NCBI GenBank assembly: GCA_018725485.1 | Contig: QLUP01000001.1 | Span: 1-28,129 of the forward strand | Direction: 5' to 3' | DNA length: 28,129 bases | Source: Candidatus Lithacetigena glycinireducens | GTDB lineage: Bacteria > Coprothermobacterota > HKB111 | Part shown: positions 17,103 to 24,439 of the stretch, one piece after another | How the letters are laid out: every line of letters begins with the position of its first letter | Numbering within the stretch: the stretch's first letter is position 1 | Notes under the pieces: model-generated | What the model saw: only the letters and a program-made list of their open reading frames with translations | Databases searched by the model: none | What the model was told of the DNA's origin: nothing | Position numbers and translations under genes: made by a program

Positions 17103-17646
17103 TAACATAGAAAAAGATAAAGAATTAGTAAGTATCAGCAGGGGATTGGAAGATGCTGGAAACATAGTCGCTCTTAATGGATTAGGGAAAATAGATAATT
17201 CTATGATAGAGTTTCCTCCTCCTACTTCTCCCAGAGGTACTATTATTTTACTTCACGCTGATGAAACTGATGGGACTGAATTTTCTAACACTGCAGATGA
17301 AAATATCCTTAAAGGATGGATTTTGCCTGCTAATAATTATGCTAGAATTATTGTGGAGGGGGAAATTAGATATAGAATGCCAAATTTAATTCAGGCTACT
17401 ACCCATACGGTTACCGTCAGGATAAGAGAGGGTGGGATAGGAGGAATAATCAGGAAGACCTTTTTAAGCGGGGTGTGGAGTAGCGTAACTACTGTGGTAC
17501 CCCAACATTTTATCTTTTCGCCTAAAACTTCGCTTGCTGGTGGGCAGGGTTCTCCCACTTCCTTAGTTATTACAGGCCAATTAGGTCTGGCACACTCTGA
17601 CTTTACCATTATGGGGTGTTCTATGCGAGTTTATGGAGTAGTATAG
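17080..17646 (+). CDS. Minor tail/fibre structural protein
   Basis: DAGNIVALNGLGKIDNSM segment recalls fibre shaft motifs; beta-sandwich-like C-terminus; overlaps the rSAM 3' end by 23 nt. Confidence 0.55.
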   Translation: MKIKVVDDNIEKDKELVSISRGLEDAGNIVALNGLGKIDNSMIEFPPPTSPRGTIILLHADETDGTEFSNTADENILKGWILPANNYARIIVEGEIRYRMPNLIQATTHTVTVRIREGGIGGIIRKTFLSGVWSSVTTVVPQHFIFSPKTSLAGGQGSPTSLVITGQLGLAHSDFTIMGCSMRVYGVV

Positions 17647-17656
17647 GAGTGCAGAT

Positions 17657-18025
17657 ATGGAATTACCTCTAAAAATGGTAAAAGGAGATTCCTTCAGAAG
17701 GAAGATTACTTTTTTTGATGGGACTACCAGAAGAGTGGTTGATATATCCAACTGGACCCTTTTCTTTACTGTAAAGAGACCTGAATATTTGGATAAGGAC
17801 GATTCTGTGGCTGAAATTAGAAAGACTGAGACTATAAGGGCAGGACAAGGAACTTCTGGAATCTGGATACTGGAAATCTTACCTGCAGATACAACTACAG
17901 TCAAAGATGTCCAGCCAGGGCTATATAAGTATGATGTTCAATATAGAAGACCCGATGGAACAATAAAGACCGTAACTGTGAGTGACTTTGAAATAGCACC
18001 GCAGGTAACTGTGAGGACAACCTAA
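17657..18025 (+). CDS. BppU N-terminal-like baseplate/fibre-attachment protein
   Basis: KGDSF...F.D....VDIS.WT.FFTVK...G.YKYDVQ....G.IKTV...FEI pattern typical of the BppU/DUF2479-like Ig fold. Confidence 0.7.
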   Translation: MELPLKMVKGDSFRRKITFFDGTTRRVVDISNWTLFFTVKRPEYLDKDDSVAEIRKTETIRAGQGTSGIWILEILPADTTTVKDVQPGLYKYDVQYRRPDGTIKTVTVSDFEIAPQVTVRTT

Positions 18026-18210
18026 TGCCTGAAGACATAAGAATAACTATCACTGAAATTGAACCTGTAAATGTAATTATTCAGGATTACATAGTCCAAA
18101 ATATTATTGATTTGTTAGATGGTCCTAGAATATACATAAATGGTAGGCTTTTAATGTCTACGGCCTCAGGTTGGGTTTGGGTAGATGAGATTGACGGCGG
18201 AACATTTTAA
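18025..18210 (+). CDS. Small structural protein ending in DGGTF
   Basis: 61 aa, TAATG-coupled; C-terminal IDGGTF motif common in fibre-associated proteins. Confidence 0.5.
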   Translation: MPEDIRITITEIEPVNVIIQDYIVQNIIDLLDGPRIYINGRLLMSTASGWVWVDEIDGGTF

Positions 18211-18232
18211 ATTTGGAAAAAGGAGGTAAGAA

Positions 18233-19537
18233 TTGTCTATTAGAATAAGAGTTAGAAGGGGTCCAAAAGCCAGACTACCAGTTCTTGGAGCTGGCGAGTT
18301 TGGTTTTACTACAGATACTAAGGAAGTATTTATCGGCGACGGCACTGCTAATCACGAGTTAGAGATGACTGCACGAAAAGGTGCGCCTTCTGGTTATGCT
18401 GCTCTAAATGCTGCTTCTTTAGTAGTGCAGAATCCCGCTAGTGCTACTGTAACTGCCGCACCAAATAGCATTGTTTTACGGGATGCTTTTGGTAGGTCCA
18501 AAATAGCAGCTCCCGCTGCTGCTGATGATATTGCTCAAAGAGCTCAAGCGGATGCGGTCCAAACTAATCTTGATATTCATTCTAGTTTAACTATAGCTCA
18601 TGGTGCTGTTTCTGCTGCTATGGCAGGCCGAATAGTAGTTCGGGATGCGAATGCCAGAGCTTCTTTTGCCGCACCCTCAGCAGCAGGCGATGTCGCTATC
18701 CTCTCAACAGTAACTGACCACGCAGCAGCAACTACAGGAGTCCATGGAGTAGGAACTTCTGTGGTCGAAAGTGTAGCAGGTGCTCAGAGTAAAGTAGACA
18801 TACACGGAGCATTAACAGCTCCGCATGGTGCCACTGATGCTGCTATTGCAGGTAGATTAGTCTTAAGAGACGCAGCAGGTCGAGCTAAATTTGCTGCTCC
18901 TGCTGCTGCTGGGGATGCTTTAATAAGAGGTGCGAGGCTAACTGCAGCAGAGATGCCTGATGGACCAATTGGTCTGGTTTTGACAGGTAGAGGACCTGGG
19001 GTTAATCCTGTTTATGAGGCTGCTGATTACCCTAGAAACCTAAAACCTGCTATAGTAAGATGGGCACTACCTGGGTGGTCTGGTGGATCTCGTGATGGTG
19101 TATGCACTGCTAATGTGATTTATTATATTCCCATTTTTGTTTCGGAAACTACTACTTATATAAGAGTTGGACTTTGGGTTCTTGTTGCATCTGCAGGGAC
19201 TATAGATATAAGAATATTTAGTTGGAGAGATGGAGTTCCTCACTCTTTAATCTTAAGCGCAGGAACAGTAGATACAGGAACTACAGGGCCAAAAGAAATA
19301 ATTATTTCTCAAGTATTAACTAGAGGTTATTATTTTTTAGCTTATAGATGTACAGGTACACCTATTTGTGTGGGTTTTAGTGATGATGCTCGAACACCTG
19401 CAGCAATTATGAGAAAACTAGGATGGGGAACTACCGAAAGTGTGTTAACTGTTATGGCTGCATATGCTGATCCTGCTCCTGCTCCAACTGATATTGCTAG
19501 AAATATGTTTGCCGTTCTTGTTTTAAGAGAAAACTAA
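18233..19537 (+). CDS. Tail fibre / receptor-binding protein
   Basis: TTG start with SD AGGAGGT; N-terminal IRVRRG..LPVL..GEFGFTTDTKEVFIGDG (Mtd_N/hyaluronidase-like anchor); three VxRDA.GR...AAP.AA.D shaft repeats; beta-rich C-domain. Confidence 0.8.
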   Translation: MSIRIRVRRGPKARLPVLGAGEFGFTTDTKEVFIGDGTANHELEMTARKGAPSGYAALNAASLVVQNPASATVTAAPNSIVLRDAFGRSKIAAPAAADDIAQRAQADAVQTNLDIHSSLTIAHGAVSAAMAGRIVVRDANARASFAAPSAAGDVAILSTVTDHAAATTGVHGVGTSVVESVAGAQSKVDIHGALTAPHGATDAAIAGRLVLRDAAGRAKFAAPAAAGDALIRGARLTAAEMPDGPIGLVLTGRGPGVNPVYEAADYPRNLKPAIVRWALPGWSGGSRDGVCTANVIYYIPIFVSETTTYIRVGLWVLVASAGTIDIRIFSWRDGVPHSLILSAGTVDTGTTGPKEIIISQVLTRGYYFLAYRCTGTPICVGFSDDARTPAAIMRKLGWGTTESVLTVMAAYADPAPAPTDIARNMFAVLVLREN

Positions 19538-19547
19538 CAGGAGGCGT

Positions 19548-20261
19548 ATGATGGCAGAGCAGGGAATTTACCAGATTAAGAATATTTTGAATGAGAAAAT
19601 ATATATTGGAAGTGCGATTAATATTAAGGCACGGTGGGGAATGCATCTTCATCTTCTAAAGAAGGGTTTACATCATAATAAACATTTACAAAACGCCTTT
19701 AATAAATACGGGGAAAATTCATTCAAATATAGTATTCTGGAAATTGTCCAAACACCCGAAGGATTGATCTTATTAGAACAACATTATATAGATTTACTCC
19801 AGCCCGAATATAATAAACGACTGTTTGCTAAAAACAATTTAGGGGTAAGACATACTGAAGAAGTAAAACAAAAAATGGGTAAGGAACGCATAGGGAAACC
19901 TCTCTCGGAGGAACATAGAAAAAAATTAAGTGAGGCCCGAAAGGAATTTATGACTAATCCCGAACACAGAAAGAAGATAAGTGAACTTAATAAAGGAAGA
20001 ATATGCACTAAAGAAACAAGGGAAAAATTAAGTGAGGCTACTAAAAGGACTTGGGCTAATCCTGAAAACAAATTAAATATGCGTAAAAATACAAAGAGAA
20101 AATCATATGACTCTCGTGTTCCTCCTTCAAGGGAGACAAAGCAGAAAATAAGTGAGGGAGTAAAACGATATTATGCTAATCCAGAAAATAGGCAAAAGCA
20201 AAGTAAAGATATGAAACGATATTATGAACAGCGAAATCAAGAAATTAGAGAAGTGAGGTGA
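19548..20261 (+). CDS. Free-standing GIY-YIG homing endonuclease with NUMOD3-like repeats
   Basis: GIYQIKNILNEKIYIGSAINIKARW..H...L....H.NKHLQNAFNKYG..SF...ILE, followed by H/TEE.K.K(I/L)SE repeats. Confidence 0.9.
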   Translation: MMAEQGIYQIKNILNEKIYIGSAINIKARWGMHLHLLKKGLHHNKHLQNAFNKYGENSFKYSILEIVQTPEGLILLEQHYIDLLQPEYNKRLFAKNNLGVRHTEEVKQKMGKERIGKPLSEEHRKKLSEARKEFMTNPEHRKKISELNKGRICTKETREKLSEATKRTWANPENKLNMRKNTKRKSYDSRVPPSRETKQKISEGVKRYYANPENRQKQSKDMKRYYEQRNQEIREVR

Positions 20262-20265
20262 AAAA

Positions 20266-20475
20266 TTGGCAAAGAATGAGGTATGGCAAAAAGTAGGAGA
20301 AAACCTTGATGGTACACCTGTTATGGAACTTGTAAGTAGTATAGAAGTTCCTGATGAGGTTTTACCTGAAAGAGTAGAAATAGAGTTGACCCCAGAAATT
20401 AAAGCAGAATGGAAATTAGCGAATACAACATCTAAGAAAATGAGAGTAATAAGTAAGTTACTAAAATTGGGATAA
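20266..20475 (+). CDS. Small protein, possibly tail-fibre associated
   Basis: 69 aa, TTG start, SD GAGGTG; function inferred only from position. Confidence 0.5.
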   Translation: MAKNEVWQKVGENLDGTPVMELVSSIEVPDEVLPERVEIELTPEIKAEWKLANTTSKKMRVISKLLKLG

Positions 20476-20486
20476 GAGTATGAAAT

Positions 20487-21011
20487 ATGGAATTATCAGA
20501 GGTAATAAAAATAAAATTTAATAAAAATACTCTACTGTTTTCCGGAATCCTGGCATATTTTACGAGAAGAGAAATCCTTTACCCAATAATTGGATTTTTA
20601 GTAGTCTTTTTGTTGGATACCATACTGGGTTCACTGGCAACTATAAAAAATGGTGGCAAAGATAAAAAACCATTTCGTAGTGAGAGTTTTGCCAGGAAAA
20701 CAGCTAAGAAGATGTTAAATTATCTAATTGTATGGACATCCTTCTGGGGCCTGGGTATGATAGCCCACTCACTCCCAGAAATATGGGGGCTTAGCGAGAT
20801 TGTGCCAGCGATCACTATAGCGATGGGCATCCTGATAACCATATTTTGTGAGATAGTATCTATCGAGGAGAATTTAACGGTATTAGGTTTTGACCCTTAT
20901 CCTATGAGAATAGTTAAAGCAGTGGGGAGAAGAATATTTGAAGGTCTGGGGATTTATCTTCCAGAGAAAGAAGAGAAAAAAGAAGAACTAAAGGAGGATA
21001 ATGGTAGATGA
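20487..21011 (+). CDS. Holin (Phage_holin_4-like)
   Basis: Several TM helices; LLDTILG...FRSESF..K..KK..NY and EIVSIEENL..LG motifs; ATGA overlap with endolysin. Confidence 0.8.
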   Translation: MELSEVIKIKFNKNTLLFSGILAYFTRREILYPIIGFLVVFLLDTILGSLATIKNGGKDKKPFRSESFARKTAKKMLNYLIVWTSFWGLGMIAHSLPEIWGLSEIVPAITIAMGILITIFCEIVSIEENLTVLGFDPYPMRIVKAVGRRIFEGLGIYLPEKEEKKEELKEDNGR

Positions 21012-21580
21012 ATATAGAGTATATTCCAGGGATCACTAAGTTTGGATACCCTCAGGGTAGAATGGGTAGGGGTGGTTTAAGACCCACAGCCCTCGTTATA
21101 CATGTTATGGAGGGTACTATCAATGGAACTACATCCTGGTTTAGGAGACCTATATCGAGCAATCCTGGATCAAAAGTTAGTTATAATTATGGAGTTGGTA
21201 AAAATGGAAGGATAGTGTGTTGGGTGAGGGATGAGAATGCTGCCTGGGCTAATGGAGGGATACAAAATCCTACTTGGAGAGGATTATTGAAAACAGCCAG
21301 CGGTTATGTAAATCCCAATCTATACACTATATCCATAGCACGAGAAGGGTTTAATGGTGAACTTTGCACACCCAGGCAATATCAGAGTTTGCTTTATGTA
21401 GTTAGGTTGATGGTAGATAAATATCGGTTGCCGATAAATCGCAATACTATAATCGGACATTATGAGATAGATAGCAGAAAACCATTGTGCCCAGGGAGAA
21501 TTAATTTAGACCATTTTGTTAGTGAGTTGAGGACGAAGAAACCAACAGGTGGAGGCGATAAACCGCTGGATGTGTTATAA
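21008..21580 (+). CDS. Endolysin, N-acetylmuramoyl-L-alanine amidase (Amidase_2)
   Basis: VIHVMEGT, AAWANG, IIGHYEID and CPG provide the His/His/Cys zinc ligands; no obvious cell-wall-binding domain. Confidence 0.88.
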   Translation: MNIEYIPGITKFGYPQGRMGRGGLRPTALVIHVMEGTINGTTSWFRRPISSNPGSKVSYNYGVGKNGRIVCWVRDENAAWANGGIQNPTWRGLLKTASGYVNPNLYTISIAREGFNGELCTPRQYQSLLYVVRLMVDKYRLPINRNTIIGHYEIDSRKPLCPGRINLDHFVSELRTKKPTGGGDKPLDVL

Positions 21581-21596
21581 AATAAAGAGGTAGAAA

Positions 21597-21788
21597 ATGA
21601 ATGAAAATGATTTAGCGGTAAAGATTACTTTATTAGAGGGCAAGAAGATATCTATTAATGTTGCTCAGGTAAAGGAACTTTTGAAGATTATTTTATTGGA
21701 GCTGGCGTTGATGGAAGAAAGTGAACTACTAAATCTTTTGCGTAAACACCGTGAAAGGTTTATAAAATTTATTGAGGAAGAAGGTTAG
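21597..21788 (+). CDS. Hypothetical protein in lysis region
   Basis: 63 aa, SD GAGGT. Confidence 0.5.
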   Translation: MNENDLAVKITLLEGKKISINVAQVKELLKIILLELALMEESELLNLLRKHRERFIKFIEEEG

Positions 21789-21799
21789 GAGGTGAAAAA

Positions 21800-22108
21800 A
21801 TGTTAATAATAATTGAGATCCTATTAGTAGCCTCGGTATTAGCAGCTTTTGTGGAAGCCATAGTAGAAATAATAAAGAAGAACACGGTTATTATCATCCA
21901 TCCGAGGATATATTCCCTTTTAGTTGGCTTAATTCTGGGATCGTTTTTGGTAGAGATACTTAATTGGGATATTTATCAATCCTTTGTAACGGGAGCAATA
22001 TCAGGATTGGTTTCTGCACCAGTTTTGCATGATGTTACAGCGATCTTAAGAAATCTAAAAGACTGCTTAAAGGACAATAACCCTTCAGGAGACAAGTTCC
22101 CGATATAA
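21800..22108 (+). CDS. Second holin-like membrane protein
   Basis: 102 aa with about three hydrophobic helices and GAISGL motif; SD AGGAGGTG. Confidence 0.6.
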   Translation: MLIIIEILLVASVLAAFVEAIVEIIKKNTVIIIHPRIYSLLVGLILGSFLVEILNWDIYQSFVTGAISGLVSAPVLHDVTAILRNLKDCLKDNNPSGDKFPI

Positions 22109-22115
22109 TAATCTC

Positions 22116-22200
22116 ACCTGGTGTGTTGGGTTTTTTATGTCATGGGCTGTCTGGCCCCCTAACCTCCTCCCACATACCCTCCTTTACCAGCACACCAGGT
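22116..22200 (+). ncRNA. Candidate structured RNA element
   Basis: 14-bp closing stem ACCTGGTGTGTTGG / CCAGCACACCAGGT (one G-U), inner TATGT/ACATA and GGGC/GCCC pairings, two pyrimidine-rich anti-SD-like tracts. Confidence 0.4.
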
Positions 22201-22204
22201 CGCT

Positions 22205-22408
22205 ATGATTAAAATCTACAAATTTTCTAATATAACCTTTAGTAAATTCCAAAGTGCCATTAACAAACTTCAAATTCCCGAAGGATACGGTATCGGAACC
22301 GATAACCAAAAGAATTGTTACCTGTCCTTAGAGGAAGGTAAAGAGCAATATATTGAGGAATTGCAGAAATTAATCGAGAGAGAAGGAATTTTTATCTATT
22401 TTAGGTAA
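22205..22408 (+). CDS. Hypothetical protein
   Basis: 67 aa ORF; no SD, starts 4 nt after the hairpin. Confidence 0.45.
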   Translation: MIKIYKFSNITFSKFQSAINKLQIPEGYGIGTDNQKNCYLSLEEGKEQYIEELQKLIEREGIFIYFR

Positions 22409-22413
22409 GAAGA

Positions 22414-23022
22414 ATGAAAATAGCACGATTATTTGAGGAGAAAGCAGAACCATTGGCAAGCCCGAAATTGCTTACATGTTCCGAAATAAATGTAATTAGG
22501 GCTTGCAATCTAAACAGGCGGTGGCATAGTCGTCTGCCAGAAATCCACTGGTCAAATGTGGTAAGAAGTAAGCACTATATTTGTTACGGAGCGTTCTATA
22601 ATAACGTGGTATATGCTGTTGCTATTTGGTCGTCTCCTGTGGCTGCTAATAGGTTCAAGAACGGAGACACACTTCTTGAACTAAGGCGCATGGCAATATC
22701 GCCTGAAGCTCCGAAGTATACGGCAACATGGATGTTGAGTAGGATGATAAAAGATATTAAAAAACGCTTTCCCAAAATAACAAGGCTAATAAGTTATCAG
22801 GATACAGAGGTGCACAAAGGGACGATTTATGCAGCTGCAAATTGGACAAAATGCTCAGAAACTAAATATATAGATTGGACAACAAGAAAGCGCAAGAGAA
22901 GCGAAGCACAGTCAAAAGCAAATAAAGTGCGATGGGAATACTGTATTGACTGTGCATCTAAAAAGGGATATGTCCCTAAACCCGGAACCATCCGTAGAGA
23001 ATCAAAAAAGCCCATTTCCTGA
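22414..23022 (+). CDS. mom: Mom-like adenine modification enzyme (GNAT fold)
   Basis: WHSRLP, LELRRMAI...APKYTATWMLS, and LISYQDTEVHKGTIYAAANW match the Mom family pattern ELxR...(I/V)SYxD...HxGxIYxAxNW. Confidence 0.75.
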   Translation: MKIARLFEEKAEPLASPKLLTCSEINVIRACNLNRRWHSRLPEIHWSNVVRSKHYICYGAFYNNVVYAVAIWSSPVAANRFKNGDTLLELRRMAISPEAPKYTATWMLSRMIKDIKKRFPKITRLISYQDTEVHKGTIYAAANWTKCSETKYIDWTTRKRKRSEAQSKANKVRWEYCIDCASKKGYVPKPGTIRRESKKPIS

Positions 23023-23351
23023 GGAAAAATATCTGTTCTTATTTGCGCCTATTTCGCCGTATTTTTAGTCAAGATATATATTAATACATATTTGCACAAA
23101 ATCTATCCAAATTTTACACTTTGTCAATAGGCGTAAAACACTGATGAATACACGCTTTTCTGTTATTAGGGGTTATTTATAGCGGAAAATTAGCCTTTTT
23201 TAATCATTTTTAATCTACCTTAAAAAAATACGATAACAGAAATACTGATTAAATCAATGTTTTTTAAATCCAAAAAATAAATAGATTGTCTGGATAATCG
23301 TCAAAATCCTCGGCGGAATTAAACAATCTGTAAAATTACCTGACAAAACAC

Positions 23352-23380
23352 TTGACAAAAAATTAAATATTTATTATAAT
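23352..23380 (+). promoter_or_regulatory. Consensus sigma70/sigmaA promoter P1
   Basis: TTGACA (23352-57), 17-bp spacer, TATAAT (23375-80); A/T-rich UP-like region. Confidence 0.9.
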
Positions 23381-23423
23381 AAAAATGAAATTAAACAATT
23401 TGTAAAATATCTTGACAAACTAC

Positions 23424-23452
23424 TTGACAAACTGTTTAATATGTGCTACAAT
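23424..23452 (+). promoter_or_regulatory. Sigma70/sigmaA promoter P2 with extended -10
   Basis: TTGACA (23424-29), 17-bp spacer, TG-n-TACAAT (23444-52). Confidence 0.85.
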
Positions 23453-23480
23453 AAAGTATAAAAATTAATGGAGGTTAGAA

Positions 23481-23837
23481 ATGAGATTAGAAAACCGAAC
23501 TGATTATAAAGCAGAAAGCTGGATAGAAAAGGTAATAAGAAAAGATGAATTAGCTTCTGTTTTGATGAAGGGTATTAAATTGGTCGTTGTTAAGTACTTC
23601 ACCAGAAAAAGCAAAATTGTCATCAGATTGAGAAGAGGACGAGAAGATCTTGGTTTGGTAGAATGGGATTTTGTTAAAACTCTTGGCCACGAGTTGCATC
23701 ATCACCAGGAATGGTTGATACGGGTAGAAAAAATAAGGAACAATAAAAAGTTTAATTATCGCTTTTCACACAAGGCTTCTGAGGATTATGCAGAAGTGTT
23801 GTGGAGAAAGTATCAATCGTTAGAAAAAGAGGTGTAA
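23481..23837 (+). CDS. Early protein with HExxH motif (putative zinc metalloprotein)
   Basis: FVKTLGHELHHHQE; first gene after tandem promoters; SD GGAGGT. Confidence 0.65.
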   Translation: MRLENRTDYKAESWIEKVIRKDELASVLMKGIKLVVVKYFTRKSKIVIRLRRGREDLGLVEWDFVKTLGHELHHHQEWLIRVEKIRNNKKFNYRFSHKASEDYAEVLWRKYQSLEKEV

Positions 23838-23842
23838 GAAAA

Positions 23843-24049
23843 ATGAAAAGATGGTTAATTGTTGATGGTGAAGTAAGCTTGGAGTTTGACTCAGGGAAGA
23901 TTGTTACCCTGACAGACGACGAGTTTGAGGAATTGAGAACGTCATTGGTTAAGGATTATATGTTTTCGGATGATTACCTGAAAGACATGTTTGTTCATCT
24001 GGAATTTTGTTTTGATGTGGCAAGAGATGTCAAGCTGAAAGCATGGTAG
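23843..24049 (+). CDS. Hypothetical early protein
   Basis: SD GAGGTG before ATG 23843 favours this start over 23801. Confidence 0.6.
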   Translation: MKRWLIVDGEVSLEFDSGKIVTLTDDEFEELRTSLVKDYMFSDDYLKDMFVHLEFCFDVARDVKLKAW

Positions 24050-24076
24050 TGTAAAGTATAAAAAAGAGGTGTAAAA

Positions 24077-24436
24077 ATGGAAGACAAATGGAAGACAAAA
24101 GAATCAGAAAGGGCTTGGGAAGAAACCTTGGCCCTTTGGTCTCATCTGGCGGAAAGACCAGATGAAGAGGTAATTGGGAAGCCATCTGAATGGCTACCCA
24201 AGGTGTTAGAGGAATTAGGGATATGTCATACACAAAAAGGGAAACCTTTCTGTGAGATATACGCTAATACCCCTAACTGTCCGTTAGGGGATTGCTCAGT
24301 GCGGTGGATGCCCGCACCATGCTGGAGCCGCACTCCCTACTATGAATGGGAGAGAGAGATGACCTGCAACGGTTGGCACCGGCAGGAAAAAGCCAGGAAG
24401 TTTTACAACTTCCTGGTAGAGAAAAAAGGAGGTTAG
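24077..24436 (+). CDS. Cys4 early protein, paralogue 1
   Basis: FC-x8-CPLGDC-x7-CWS pattern; clear paralogue of 24440-24844. Confidence 0.8.
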   Translation: MEDKWKTKESERAWEETLALWSHLAERPDEEVIGKPSEWLPKVLEELGICHTQKGKPFCEIYANTPNCPLGDCSVRWMPAPCWSRTPYYEWEREMTCNGWHRQEKARKFYNFLVEKKGG

Positions 24437-24439
24437 AAA

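Larger units (their letters stand above)
23317..23460 (+). repeat. 72-bp imperfect tandem duplication, each copy containing a promoter
   Basis: Units 23317-23388 and 23389-23460 both begin AATTAAACAAT.TGTAAAAT and carry two TGACAAA copies 12 bp apart. Confidence 0.85.

Noticed and set aside
18233-19537. Diversity-generating retroelement target suggested by the Mtd-like N-terminus
   Set aside because: No reverse transcriptase, no template repeat differing at adenines, and no C-type-lectin-like C-terminus seen in this window; cannot be excluded elsewhere in the genome.
19548-20261. Group I intron hosting the GIY-YIG ORF
   Set aside because: Flanking genes are complete with their own stop, SD and start, and only about 10 and 4 nt flank the ORF, too little for intron core elements.
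790-22827. Numerous minus-strand ORFs in the track (e.g. 4268-4762, 9915-10295, 10362-10739, 17581-17904, 19784-20071)
   Set aside because: All lie antisense to well-supported + strand genes, lack SDs and recognisable motifs, and show shadow-ORF composition.
23007-23030. Intrinsic terminator after mom (TTTCC-TGA-GGAAA)
   Set aside because: Stem is only 5 bp, AT-rich, with a 3-nt loop and no clear U-tract.
23801-23842. Track start at 23801, and likewise 26671 and 100
   Set aside because: Strong SDs support starts at 23843 and 26713; the terminase frame is open from base 1.
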